NCBI RefSeq assembly: GCF_030144855.1 | Contig: NW_026781263.1 | Location: 124,001 to 188,000 of the forward strand | Reading direction: 5' to 3' | From: Hypanus sabinus | Taxonomy: Eukaryota | DNA: 64,000 nt | In this document: positions 36,936 to 50,591 of the stretch, piece after piece | Layout: the number at the start of each line of letters is the position of its first letter | Numbering within the stretch: the stretch's first letter is position 1 | Position numbers and translations under genes: made by a program | The notes under the pieces: generated by a model | Told to the model about the DNA's origin: nothing | Seen by the model: the letters and a program-made list of their open reading frames with translations, nothing else | Databases searched by the model: none

Positions 36936-37634
36936 GTAAGCCGCTGTCACACCTGCAAACGACAGATACTGCGAGTTAATTCCGGTGTTCTGAAGTGTTT
37001 CTCTCGCTCTGCTTCCACAGCCACCTGTCCAGTCCCCGCTTTTCCGTCATGGGCGGAAGGCGCTGACAATATTAATCCCATTGCGTTCGTAGCAGGCAGC
37101 TCTCCATATTGGAGCCGAGATGCTGCCTTTGACTGAAATCCTCTCCGCTGTCTCGATGTCATGTGATAATTGTGAATCGAAATGTCTGCACAGGAGGACA
37201 CCGGGCTGTGCTGCGTCTGTGGGAACCAGCCGTCCTTCTGTTCTGCCCATAGGAATTGCATGACTGGGTAACGGAACAAGGCGAAGAGCTCATTTATTTC
37301 TGGAATGTGAGCAGAGGGAACCACCGATGTGGATTTCATTTCATTCCCGTGCTGCTCGGAGCCAGTGATGCGGATATTTAACGTCCATCTTTCACTGCTG
37401 CCGCTGTCCGCTGGTCGGTTTGGGAATTCACCCAGGTTTAACTCATTTACAAAATTTTCGGCAAGTTCTCTGACACTCCGATAATGCGCACTGCCAGTCG
37501 CTTCATATGTTCAGTGTCCGGTATTCACTCTTTGAGGCAAAAAAAGAACAAGATCTAATCTGATTCTGTCACACTGCGGCTCTATTTCAGTGACGAGTCA
37601 GTAATTTCTCTGTTTCCCTCCCTCTCTCTTGCAG

Positions 37635-38536
37635 TTAACCTGGTGGCGATTGTTATCCTGTCCCGGGGAAAGTGCGGTCTCTCCAAATGCATCACTCGCT
37701 ACCTGCTGGGAATGGCAGCGGCCGATCTCCTGGTCGTTATCTCTGACCCTCTGCTGAACTGGACTGTTCTCATATACTTTAGTTTTTCCTTCCTCTTTTT
37801 GACTCCCGTTTGTAGGGTTTTTCGTTGCCTGCTTATAGCAAGCACCGGGGTCTCTGTCTGGATGACAGTCGCGTTCACCTGTGACAGATTTGTGGCAATT
37901 TGTTGTGAAAAGCTGAAAACAAAATATTGCACCGAAAGAACAGCGGCTGTGGTTATCGCGACAGTGAGTGTTCTGGGCTGTTTAGAAAGTATCCCTTACT
38001 ACTTTACAATAGAGCCTTCGATGAGAATTAATGGAGTTTCCTATGGCTGTTCGTCCACAAAGAGCTTCTATACGTCTCCCTCCTGGGCCGCAGTTGTGAT
38101 GATTACTCGCATTTTCATGCCTTGTCTCCCGTTGGTTCTGATTTTATTGTTCAATGTTTTGACAGTCAGACGGATTTTGTCCGCTAATAAAGTCCGGATG
38201 GGGCTCCGGGGCCGCAGCACCGGAAAGAATGACAAGGACCCGGAGATGGAGAACCGAAGGAAATTGGTCGTTTTACTATTCAGTATAACCGGTAGTTTCA
38301 TATTTCTGTGGTTGCCACGGTTGGTTTTTGATTACTACCGACGGGCTGCAAATATCCCTTTCTACTCGTACAGGGATCCGATTTATATCGCAGACTCCAC
38401 AGCGACGATGCTGCAGATCCTCAGCTCCTGCACCAACACATGTATTTACGCCGTGACTCAGAGAAAATTTAGAGAGGAGCTGAAGAACGCGGTGAAATAC
38501 CCACTGAGACTGTTAACCAATTTCGTTAAATTCTAG
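37635..38536 (+). CDS. GPR139-like GPCR paralogue 4, exon 2 (intact; 323 aa when spliced)
   Basis: Pyrimidine tract plus CAG at 37632-37634. VNLVAIVILSRGKCGLSKC, SVWMTVAFTCDRFVAICC, DPEMENRRK, FLWLP, SSCTNTCIY. Exons of 70 and 902 nt join in frame. Confidence 0.92.
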
Positions 38537-39517
38537 TGAGACCAGCTAGTTTGAGCAGTAGAATTAAATCAATCGCCATTTCCCCCCTTAAGCTATCAGC
38601 TTTCCGATATGTAGAACCACGGCCAACAGCTTAGCGCTCTGACATACGCATGTAGTTACTGGTGATATATTTCACTGGCTGTCTACTCTGTGAAGGTGGA
38701 ATTTTCTCTTCATCAGATTCTTCTCAAATATGTACGACGCGCTCCAGCTTTAATTCAATCAGATGAACGCTCGGTCGAACTCGGGAAGTGTCGGGGACAA
38801 TCCACTGATGTCCCGCCCGTTTTGTTTTTCATTCCCTCCGTTACGTCTCGTTTTCCAATTTCGTGATGGGAGGATCGTTGTACGCTGGTTTGTCCATTCA
38901 GGATGGATCCGCTCCCGTTTCTCCACCCTGCACCCTCTCCGCTATTAATCATTATTCCATATAGTGATGTTCACGGTGTTTCACTCCCAATGTCTGTCAG
39001 AATGCCCTCGATTCCACTATAAATGCCCTGCTTATTTCTTCTGCCACGCCGGTACCACAGATTCGGTTTCTGAGTTTCACCGTGAGGGGAACATGATCGG
39101 ACTGGAACATGGCGGAGTCGTGTGTGTTTTATGTTTCTTTTTCAACTCAGTCTCCAGCACCGGACTGCTCCCTCTTTGTCCCTGCATATCTCCATCTTTA
39201 TCCCTGTTCACATCCCGAGACCCCGTGACCATCCGCGTCCTTCCCCGTCCACCATCTGGTCCGCTACTCAGCAAACTAAATCTCACTGCAGTATGTACGA
39301 ACATATACTGACACTGATGATAAAATTACGCTGACCTTTAAAGAAATTCCAAACCAATAGATTAACTTTCTCTATCTGGAACTGTGTTCTATCCGAAAAT
39401 GTAGTCGATTTTTTGAAAAAGAAATTAGAATGATACTGGAAATCGAAATAATAACAAAAATGACTGAAAGCGCTCAGCTGGTAAGGTAGGGTCGGTTAAA
39501 ATATTAATTCATATTTC

Positions 39518-40862
39518 AGGTATCTCTGTAGTGAGCAAGTTGCTGGAAAAGATCCGGAGTGGCAAGATGTCTGCGAATTTGGAGAGACATAATACCCTTA
39601 GGGATAGACAGCATGGCTGTGTAAAGTGCAGGTCCTGCATTACTCGCCTGACTGAATTCTTAGAGGATGTACCAAAAGAGGTGCTGAAGGTGGAGCACAG
39701 CATGTTATATATATGGATCTCAGTAAGGCATTTGATAAGGTTCCCCATGAAAGCCTCCTTCAGAAAGTAAGAAGGCATGGGATTCCATCGGACGTTGCGT
39801 AATGTATTCCGAATTGGCTTGCCCACGGAAGTCAAACAGTGGTTGTAAACGGGCCATATTCCACATTGAGGCCGGTGACCAGTTTGTTTCTTAGGGATCT
39901 TTTCTAGGGCCCTTACTCTTCGTTTTTATTTTAAATAAATGACCTGGATGAGGAAGTGGTGGGATGGGTTAGTAAATTTGCTGATGACACAATGCTTGGG
40001 GTGTTGAAGATAGTGCGGAGGTCTGTCAGAGGTTACAGCGGGACATTGATAGGATGCAAAACTGGCCTAAGAAGTAGCAGACGGAGTCCACCCTGATAAG
40101 TTTAAGGTGGGTCATTATGCTAGTTCAAATATGATGACAGAATATAGTTGTAATGGTAAGACTCTTGGCAATGTGGAGAATCAGAGAGAGTTTTGGGTCC
40201 GAGTCCATAGGACACTCAAAGCTGCTACGCACGTTGACTCTGTGGTTAAGAAGGCCTTCATCAACCGTGGGATAGAGATTAGGAGCCGGGAGGTAATGTT
40301 GCAGCTATATAGGACCCTGGTCAGTGTCCACGTAGAGTACTGTGCTCAATTCTGGTCGCCTCACTACAGGAAAGATGTGGAAGCCATAGAAAGGGTGCAG
40401 AGGTGCTTTACAAGGATGTTGCCTTGATTGGGGAGCAAGTCTTATGAGATTAGGCTCAGTGAACTCGGCCTTTTCTCCTTCGATCGACGGAGGTTGAATG
40501 GTGACCTGATGGAGGTGTATGAGATGATGAGAGGCAATTATCTTGTGGATAGTCTGATCTTTTTCCAGGGCTGAAATGGCTAACACAAAAGGGTGCTGTT
40601 GAAAGGTGCCTGGAGGTAGGTACAAAGGAGAGGTCAGCGATATTGTTTTTTATGCAGAGTGGTGAACGCGCGAATGGGCTGCCGGCGACGGTGGTAGAGG
40701 CGGATAGAATTGGGTCTTTTAAGAGACTCCTAGATAGGGACATGGAGCTGAGAAAAATAGAGGTAACCCCAGGTAATTTCTAAAGTAAGGACATATTCGG
40801 CACAGATTTGTGGCCCGAAGGGTCTGTTTTGCTCTGTAGGCTTTCCATGTTTCGATGCTTCT
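39518..40862 (+). mobile_element. CR1 LINE, 5'-truncated (RT and 3' end)
   Basis: QHGCVKCRSCITRLTEFLE, INDLDEEV..WVSKFADDT, LQLYRTLVSVHVEYCAQFWSPHYRKDVEAIERVQRCFTRMLP, and a CR1 3' tail. Confidence 0.9.
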
Positions 40863-42539
40863 AAGCTGGCTTGGCAAGTGGCTCTTCGACGCGCTTCATC
40901 AGTGTTAGATATTCACTCAGAATTTGAACAGAGCGACAAGGGAAACTAAATATTGCTTGTCTCCATGTATTCCCGATGGGCCTAATTCTCCCGTCCAATT
41001 CAGCATTGCTTAATTCCCACACTGACCGAGGCCGTTGTTATGACATATTTCTGTGTATCCATTCGATTATCTGTGCCTGTTGCTGTGCACACTCAGTCCT
41101 CACTCTCAAAACTTTAGAGGTTTCTGATTGATTGTCAGTGGCAAAACAGTGGTATGTTTAAGATGTACTTAAGGTTATTCTGTCCATCGTCTCCGAACCC
41201 ATATTTCTCTCACTTGGTCCCATAAAATTCCAGACGCGACTCCTTTGGGCTGATGAGGTTTGGGCTCGCAGCGCACATTCTCATCGTGTTCTCCAGAACC
41301 TGATCGCCTTCCGCTTGAGGAAGAGTTTCAGACATTAATGACTACAATGTCTACCCTTTCCCCTGCAGAGATACTCTCGGACCCGCTGAGCTCCTGTAAC
41401 AGGAAACTATAATTTCACTTTACATTTACTTCCGGAAAGCCTGTATCTGAATTTCGAGAGATACAATTACCACCAACACTAGAATCTTCAGCCTCAAACA
41501 ATGGAGGAAATGAGCGACCTGGACAGCATGTGGAGTGGATTGTGCACGCTTCGGTTCAAGATGTCTTATCTGGCCTCATCTGAAAAGTTAGTGAGCATTC
41601 GGACGGTACATTCACAGATTAGTTAAACAAGGGAGATCAGTACATTCCATATGGACAGGCCATGACAATTAGATTTGCTAAATTGTGTGTAAAATGATAC
41701 ATTTAGAGGAGAATCTGAAGGAATACTGTTGTGCTGCTTTCTGCGCGATGTATACGCATCATCTCTCTTCAATCAATGATTCGCTTCCGCTGGTATTATT
41801 GACTGAAGTTCGTTTCAAATAGGAGGAGTGAAGTAATCAGCAACATTCCTTCATCAACATCAACACTAAACTTGTCATTGTTGTATGCTTATTATACTGG
41901 AAGCGATATAGCTGATTTCAGGTGCTAAACGGTAAAATACCGGACCAGAACACGCCTCTCAGGAGGATGAGAAATTCAAGACAAAGAAATCAGGATGACA
42001 AAACCCTTCTTGTTGACTCAGAAGGTGTGAGTTTGCTCGAGCTAAAGGAGAATCCTAAGTGCATCTGCCGATATGGTCGGAGCAGAAGGATTGCAGGGGA
42101 CAACCTTGGTCGGCCGGAAGATCAGAATGATGTTCTTTGCCTGGAGCCAGAGGAGGTGAGAGTGATTTTTGTTTTTTTAATCTGTATTTACTCGCGAGGC
42201 AAACACAACTTCTAAGGAGTGAGACAAAGCAGCGGCGAGTCCATGGACCCGATGCAGATTACAGAAAATTAGCTACCTTGCGGTATTCATGCAAAAGACG
42301 GTGGCGAATCCCCACGGCCTGAAAACGTGTTCCCTCGAACTCTGAGTGGAGCAAAAGGAGAAAACTGCCGGACCATTACCTTCTGCACAGCTACCGCTCC
42401 TTGCTGCAGAGAGTCAGGAACGCCGAGTTTTCTGCAGTGCACATCACAAATGATCTCACATGGTTCCTCAAAACTACTTGTTTAGTCACCAGGGCAGAGA
42501 ATTGCATCGAGTTCCAAGGGAGACTGAGGCAAGAAAGAC

Positions 42540-42880
42540 TTCCTGCATCCATTCCAAACAGATATAAGCGGAACACAGTCGGCAGTGTCCTTACCAGCTG
42601 CATAACCGTCTCACACGGGAATTGCTAAACATCTGTATATGGTAATGGAGTGTGAGAACCGCTGAGAGAATCATCAGGGCCCCTTCGTCCACTTCACAGA
42701 AGCGCTGCGTTCACAGAGACCTCAACATTATCAAAGGCAACTCCCATTAGTTCTGCTGAACCACAACATCATCGACCTCATACCGTCAGGCGGAACGTAC
42801 CACGGGATAAGATCAAGGACTGTTGGGTTGAATAACATATTCCTCGCCCTTACAGACTTCTGAACACCCAGTTGGCATCC
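42540..42880 (+). mobile_element. Rex1/Babar-like LINE fragment
   Basis: Decayed V.SVLTSCITVSHGNC...VRTAERII sequence. Confidence 0.5.
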
Positions 42881-43279
42881 GTTAATCATTACTTATGGGA
42901 AAGTCTGTAGAAATATTCATATATATTTAACTATATGTTCTACTGTATATGTATGCTTGCCATCGTGTACGTCTCCAGAATATATACAAATCTCTGATAA
43001 TATAATTGTGTTAACAACATTTTATGTGATATAGATTTTGTGTTTCACAGCTTGGTTCCAGATAATTAGTTAACTCGTTTGGATGTTTAGATGTTTATGG
43101 TTGAATGACAGTAAATTTGAAGCTGAATTTGAATGATAAGTTTGAAGAGGTTTAAGTGAAAATGCAAGAGATGGTCCTACAAAACAAACGGCTGACGACA
43201 AGAATGGTATTAAGGATGCACGTTTCCAAAGCAGAATGGATTCCCAGTCCATCGCTTTAACCTCACCACCACCTCGTCG

Positions 43280-44158
43280 GTTATTCACGGTCTGTATTTC
43301 TTTGGAACACAGACAATCTCCGTTTATGCAGTGGTACCCTTGTCACATGACAGGGGCTGAAGCTATACTGGACTAGAGGTAATGGTCTTGTGATGGTGGA
43401 CTGACGTCATTTTCACGCCAGTAGAGGTCATGTGACATTTATTTTTACAGAGTATAAAAGGAGGACCCCTCCCTGTGAGGAGGGGCAGTTCGTATCTGGA
43501 TTTGCCATGTTGACTTCATGCCACTGCTTGATTTAATGTTATGACGCAGTTTAGTTGAAAGACGGAGTTCTATATAATGCCGAAAGTTTAATAGGTCATC
43601 GCCAGCAGTTTCTTTATAATACTGCTCGTTGAGAATCGGTGGAAAGTAAAAATTGGAGTTCGGGAGTTGAAAGATCGAAGAAAGTCGATTTCGATGGTGA
43701 AACAGGTTTGACCTTGTTTGATCCTCATTCAGAAGGAATTCGTTGACTGTGCCCATGTTAATCCCTGTGAATAGCGGAAAGGATTCGGAACAGTGTTGTA
43801 AAGGAAAGGTCAGTGCCTTTAAGACGTTTCATTTACCATCTCCGTAAATTCTTCGTGGGACAAGTAGTTCGACTGAGAACTGCAACAACACGAAGTGAAA
43901 GAGAATTTAAATCATCTTAAAAAGTCTCTCCCTTAAATGGACTGTGAGCATTTTGAGCTTTTGCAATACTACTTTAATGAACTGTTTTTGCAACATCGCT
44001 TTAAGAACTGTTTAAGCTGCCGCACAGCAGCTGATTTCCGGTTACGTTAGTGATTTGTTTACTGTTGGGGGATTTGTTTTCAGTGTTTAATAAACGTGTT
44101 GTTTGTTGTAAAAAACCGTGCCTCACTCATATATTTATTGTTGCTTGAATCCGTAACA
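43280..44158 (+). mobile_element. Probable solo LTR
   Basis: CRE TGACGTCA (43402), TATAAAA (43453), AATAAA (44089) and a terminal ...ccgtaaca, in U3-R-U5 order. 5' boundary and TSD unresolved. Confidence 0.55.
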
Positions 44159-45884
44159 GTTGTCTGTGATGTATCTAGGAAGACAAGCTCATAAACATCA
44201 CGTTAGAGCTTCCTCCAACTGCCCATTGGAAGGCGAAGTGTGCTTCACATTCACAAGTCAGGCCGCACTAGCGGAAACAGTTGAACTTCTTAACTATTGG
44301 GAAAAAAGTTTTAACCCACGTTCCCCTTCCATCAGCAACGTACGCAGGGTCGGTCCTGATTGAGACGCAAAGTATCCTCACAGGAATCCGGAAGCATGGC
44401 TATTGTTCAAGGATGAACGATGGGTGATGACAGCCCGATAGGGTTGGAGATGTCAGAGTTCAGTCTGAGGCGAGAGTACGCTGTGTTGTCGTCTATCTTG
44501 CCCAGTCCCACTGTGGAAGTTTGAGAAGTATCACTCTGTTGAGCGTATTTCAAACAACGATAATGCGAAACTAATTGTGTAAAATTTGTTAACACCGTCA
44601 ACAAATGACATGTTGACTGAAACAATAGCCAACACCGTCGGAAGGATCTTTCAAAACGTCTCGTCTTCTCTGAACATAATCCTAAACTAGACTAATCCTA
44701 TCTGCTAGCACCATTTCATTCTGTTCTGAGCTTTTCTGTCAAAACAGACAATGCCTCGTTCTAAACAGCAGCAGCAAGCTGGGAAAATAAATCTCTGACC
44801 CCATCCCCGGAAACTTGAAAGCACATTAATCCTTTTATTGGCTGCAGCAATGGAATTAACCACAGGTTCACCACCATGGCCAGGATAGATTAGTGATGGA
44901 AGACTTTGTGTTCCGGTCGTAGTTTCCACTGGAGAGGTAGATTCCAAACCCGTCCATGACAATTCGGTGTTCTTCCTCCCATTGTTTTCTTCATTTTACA
45001 CCCGGTTTTGCTGAAGGAAGGTTTCTGTCATTGAGCAAATATCCCCATCCTGTTGTCTTTCACCATCTTCTCCTTTCCCCCTTGACTGTCAGCAAGATAT
45101 GAATCGTCATTTGCACACTCCCTCTCATTCCAGCTCCATACCAGTTTTTACCCAAACAGCCATGTGGTGATGCCATCGGAGATGGCAATCATACTCGACG
45201 TGGAGTGGGAGAATGTGGATGATAGGTTGTGCAGTTTGAATGGGAATCCGCTTGTGAGTTTCGACTTAGATGCACCGGAAAGAGGTAAATACAGATAGTA
45301 AAGTTGGAAGGTGACGCGGCATGAGTTGGAAGGTCATGTGACAGAACAATGCTTGTTAGTGAAAGGATAACCAAAATATCTCAACAGAATGTGAGACGAA
45401 CTTGCGAAACACACACAACATGCTGGAGGGACTCAGCGGGCCAGACAGCATCAACGTGTGAAAATTCGTCCTGAATAAAGTTCCTATTGTGTGTCATTTA
45501 TCAAACATCTCCGCTGTTCATGGAACAAATACTTCTATACACCCGTCTGAAATCATTTTAATTATACACCGTCCAGCAGTCCACCGCCCACCAACGCCGA
45601 GGTAGGGAATTACTCAGAAGCATCATCCTATGCGAGATAAAAATTGAGATTTAAACAAGCGTCCCTTGCTTCTCAAACGCATTTTGACGTGCACTACATC
45701 AGGGTCTGTTATATTCCTATTTTGTCTGAATGAAGTAATGAATACTCTTGTAATCTCAAAGCAATACGGGCCCAACATATTTCGACATCAGGCTCTCCTC
45801 TCAGCAAAGGAAAGGACAATGGGTTTTCCACCAATTAACTTTAAATGGCTTCGGAATTCAGTTCTGACGCAATCTGCGAATGCG

Positions 45885-45969
45885 GGCTCGTTGGTCTAGT
45901 GGTATGATTCTCGCTTCGGGTGAAAAAAGCATATGCGAGAGGTCCCGGGTTCAAATCCTGGACGAACCC
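45885..45969 (+). tRNA. tRNA-Pro(CGG) with a 13-nt insertion at the canonical intron site (45921-45933); possibly a pseudogene
   Basis: GGCTCGTTGGTCTAGTGGTATGATTCTCGCTT-CGG-G[TGAAAAAAGCATA]TGCGAGAGGTCCCGGGTTCAAATCCTGGACGAACCC. Gives 72 nt after removal; A and B boxes intact; one C.A mismatch in the acceptor stem. Confidence 0.88.
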
Positions 45970-46739
45970 CGTTATTGGATATTATCAGCGAATTGCTTCA
46001 CGAGTTTTGCATTGACGCAGGAGATGATCGGCAATATCAAACAGAAACACTGAAGGAGGAATTGGAAATAGTTTTCAAGACAGGTAAGTTTGAAGTGTCA
46101 CATTTTGGAATGTCAGTCCAGCTGAGTATTTATTCTGTGAGGGTTAGAGCACCGGGGAGTGCAAATCAGCAGGGAGAGAGAGTCGTAGAAGGGCATAGTT
46201 TGCTGAAACCAGTCTCATATGCAGAGAGACTGTGGGAAAGTTGTTCGGTACGCTGGCCTCAGGAGGTCAGTGTAGGAGTTGGGAGACTGTGTTGCTGTTA
46301 CACTCTGTTGTGGAAATCCGTGTAAAATGGAAACAGCGCAGCAGTCTTTGGAAAGCGATGGGTCTGCACGTTGATGAGCGCTGTAGACATTAATGTGGAA
46401 GAACAAGAAACCGGCAAGTGAACTTATATAGTTTAACCTCTTCCGTTTTTCCGACCAGGACACAAGTGCCTCTAACTTGCGTACAATAACGGCTTATACA
46501 GTTCATAGTGTAGAATATTCAATGCCAAGAATATCGGCTTATACATTTCACAGGTTTCAGAGTCGGTGCGGGCAGAAATTAGGTGACAAGCGGAACTGCC
46601 CACTCCGGTCACATTGTTGTGCCAAACGCTTGGGATTTCGAGAGGCAGAATATTAACATTGAAATAATTTTCTGCTGATCCAGACTGGGAGTCTCAGTTC
46701 TGATCTACACCAACATCTTTCTTACGGATATGAGTTACA

Positions 46740-47170
46740 TCAGAATCAGAATCAGATTCGGGTTTAATATCTGGGACAGATATCGAGAAATCTGTTAAAT
46801 TAGCGGCAACACGTGATAAATATAGAAATAAAAATCAATCAAATATTGAATTAGAGTAAATATATGTATATTACATTGTTAAATTAAAAATAGAGCAAAA
46901 TATATAAAAGAGTTAGGCAGTGTTCATGAGGTCAATGTCCATATGGGCATTGGATGTCAGTGGGGAAGAATTGGTTCCTGAATCGCTGAGTTTGTGGCTT
47001 TAGGCTTCTGTACCTCCTTCCCGACGGTAACAGTGAGAAGAGGAATGTCCTGGGTGATGAATTCCTTAATGACGGTCGCCGCCTTTCTGAAGCACCGCTA
47101 CATGAAGATGTTCTGGATGTTCTGGATACCTGTCCCCAGGGCGGAGTTGACTAATTTCATAACTTATTGC
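46740..47170 (-). mobile_element. Rex1/Babar-like LINE 3' fragment
   Basis: Tail atcagaatcagaatcag, then ggggaagaattggttcctgaatcgctgag (RFRNQFFP on the minus strand). Confidence 0.55.
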
Positions 47171-49309
47171 CAGTCTCGCCGCTGGCTTTTCGGGGCAGCA
47201 ATGAAGATCCTCCATCCCCGTCAGTCAGCGACGTTCAGGGATTCATTCACCGTGTCAGTAGCTTCCTCTTGGTTTGCGCAATTGTCTGTCAATTCCGGCG
47301 TAGCGATTCAGAAATACCGACAGATACACATGTAGACGGACTCTTCATTTTCGTTTCACTGAAGTTTGCTTTGACCAGTTCGGCTTGTTATCTCTGAGCT
47401 GAACCCTGGAAATTGTGGGAGCAGAGGAACACTCTTCGTCTGTCCTCTACCATTTGACTTGTTTGGCATGAGTGACGCTACCAAGAGCCAAAGCATTAAC
47501 TCCTAACTCCAGCCAGCTTCGCTCTCCAGGTTATTGAGCCAGGCAAGCCTTCACACCGCGACTAGGTTGCGTTCCGTTTGGAGGCTACGGATGTGATCAC
47601 TAATTACAAGCCAACCCTCAGACAAATACCAGGAATATCTGACAATATAACGAGCTGAAACCATTCACGTGAAAGTGATAGTATCAGCCCATCCTGAGTT
47701 TGCAGTGAAATGTGCAAACCCTTTATGAAGAGTGTCGTTCCCTGTGACGCTGCTCGTTGCTCCATTCTGTAGATACTGAACCATTTTAGCAACGACCAAG
47801 CACTGATTTCTCACAGTCACTCACACCGGGTGGTCCGGAGGAACAGCCATTGCGTTGACTGTACTGCTGATCAATGACTGGGACGGGTGAAGCACCGAGG
47901 AGGCAGCGACTCTCCCCGCTACCCATAATGCACTCGGAACTTGAGGGAACAGAAAGTTTGCGTTCACTGTGCAGGCAATCCCGTTTCTAATGACACCAAT
48001 AGGCTTCTCAGCATCAGATGGATATGCTGGTTGGGTGGATTGGAAACAACAAAAATATTTTAATCAATTTTAGTAATACCAAGGAATTAATTGTATTCCA
48101 GGGAGAATGTTTCAGGTGAACAAACACAAATCCTCACTGGAAGTTCAGGAGGGTGAATATCTTCAGGTTCCTGGGCGTCGACATCTCAGCGGATACATCC
48201 TGGTCCCAACATAATGATACAGTCACTGTGCAGACGTCATAATTGTTCATTAATGAAACTTAGAGTCCTGTCAAAGAATCAGATGGATTTCTGCGGACGT
48301 ACGTGGACAGTATTGTCAGTCGTTGCGTCACAGACTGGTGTGGGGCGGGGCTCCAATGCATAGGATCGAAAGAAGGTGCAGAACGCTGTCGTGGCGGGCA
48401 CGCCTCGCCAATATCGAGGACATTTCCGCAATATGGTGCCAAAAGAATCCTTAGTGAGATATAACATAGGATCAGAGGATGGGAGTTATATACAGTCCTC
48501 TAGCAGTCGACGTTAAGTACAAATGACAACCGGAGATGCACAAGGCACAAGGAAAATGGCAATATTACGGTGGTCATTGTAGAATCTCAATATGTAGGTA
48601 GTATGAGAAAGTCCAGTTATCGCTGGATACTCGGAGAGGGAATTTGTGTAATGCCTACTGAATGGGCTTTTAGAGTACGGTTTGGTTGATCCCATTAGAA
48701 AAAGGTAATTGTGGATTGCGTACTGTGTTGTGTTTTGACCAGGTAGATTAAGATACAGGAATGCTTGAGAGGCAGTGATTATAATATGATTGAATTTGTC
48801 CTGCAGTCTGAGAGCGAGAAGATAAAATCAGAGTTACGATTATTTCATACAGTAAGTGGAAACGTAGTAACACGAGTGAGGAGAAGATAAAAGTTCAAAG
48901 GTTAATTTTATTGTCAAAGTCCGTATCTACAATACAACTCGGAAATTTGTCTGCTCCAGACAGCAATGAAATACCGAGAGAACATCGGTTTTCATGAAAG
49001 GACAAACATCAACCCCGGCACGAAAAAAGAAAAGAAACAAATCTCGCAAACCCCAAAATTCCTCGCCACACCCCCCCCCCAGAAAAAAAATAGCGACAAT
49101 AGAAGTACCCGAACACGTCACTCGCAGAATTAAAGTCAGGAATGATAACAGCCCTCAACCCCCTCACACGCATGGAAAAACAAAGGCAACAACAGTCGCC
49201 CACCACGTCACTCGCAGAAATAAAGTCGGGGACCATAACTGTCCTGGACCCTTTTACTGGCAGAAAATAACAGGGAACTAAGTCTGCAGCCGTCCAGGCG
49301 GATTGGAAA

Positions 49310-49920
49310 GGGGCTGCCCCCATTCTCATCACATTCTACAGGGGTCGCATTGAGAACATCCTGAGCAGCTGCATCATTGCCTGATTCGAAAATTGCAGCA
49401 TCTCAGATTGCAAGACCCTGCAGCAGGTAGTGAGGTCAGCTAAGAAGATCATCGGGGTCTCTCTTCCCGCCATTACGGACATTTACACCACACACTGCAC
49501 CGGCAAAGCAAGCAGCATTATGAAGGACCACACTCCCCCTTCAGACGAACTCTTCTCCCACCAGCCGTCCGTGAAAAGGCACCGAAGCATTTGGGCTCTC
49601 ACGACCAGATTATGTAACAGTTTCTTCCCCCAAGCTATCAGACTCCTCAATACGTAGAACCTGGACTGACGCCTTACTGCCCTATTGTCTTGCTTATTAC
49701 TTATTGTAATACCTGCACTGATCTGTGCACGTTATGCAGTCCTGAGTAGGTCTGTAGCCTAGTGTAGATTTGTTTTCTGTGCTGTTTTTTTACGTAGATG
49801 TGTCTAGATTTTGTACTGTGTCATGTAACACCACGGTCCTGAAAAACGTTGTCTCGTTTTTACTATGTACTGTACCAGCAGTTATTGTCGAAATGACAAT
49901 TAAGAAGTGACTTGACTTGA
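49310..49920 (+). mobile_element. Rex1/Babar-like LINE 3' end
   Basis: ILITFYRGRIENILSSCIIA*FENCSISDCKTLQQVVRSAKKIIG...RLCNSFFPQAIRLLN, with tail gtgacttgacttga. Confidence 0.8.
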
Positions 49921-50591
49921 TATTCTAGAATAGATCCTGATGGTTGGAAAACTGCGATTGTCACTCCACTCTGAAGGAAGTTAGGGGAAAGAAAGGAAAA
50001 TATAAGAAATGTAGCCTGACTTCAACGTGTTCAAAAACTCAAAAGATTCGAAGCACATTGAAGATCAAAGACAGTTGAGGAGAAAGGGAGAAGATTTGTC
50101 AAATAGATCATCGTGTGGTACGGTGATGCACATTGGAAGAAAGGACAAAAAAAGTCTCTACATGGGGAAGGTTTCAGAAATCAGAGTTGCAAAGATACGT
50201 TGTGCACTATTCCCTAAATGTTTACTTCTAGGCTTAGTCAGTGGTAAAGGAAGGCAAATGCAATTTTAACATTCCGTCCAGGAGGAGCAGACTATAAAAC
50301 AACAATGTAATGTTGGCATATGTTCGTCATTATAAACCAAATTCTGATCCTGATCAATATCCCTAATACTGGAAATCTCCTTCATTTATGATACTGACGG
50401 CAGTGTTACCCCTCCATACTCCCGTTCTGACATAAAGGTGTTGAAACAAATTCCACAGATGTCCAATTATACTATTTGTATTGGAATAATAATACACCTT
50501 TTCCATTACTAAACAGAAATCAAGTAAAACCCTCACGTCAATGGCAGTGCTACGGTGGGTGCTGAACATTTCGGCGATGCTGAACATTATC

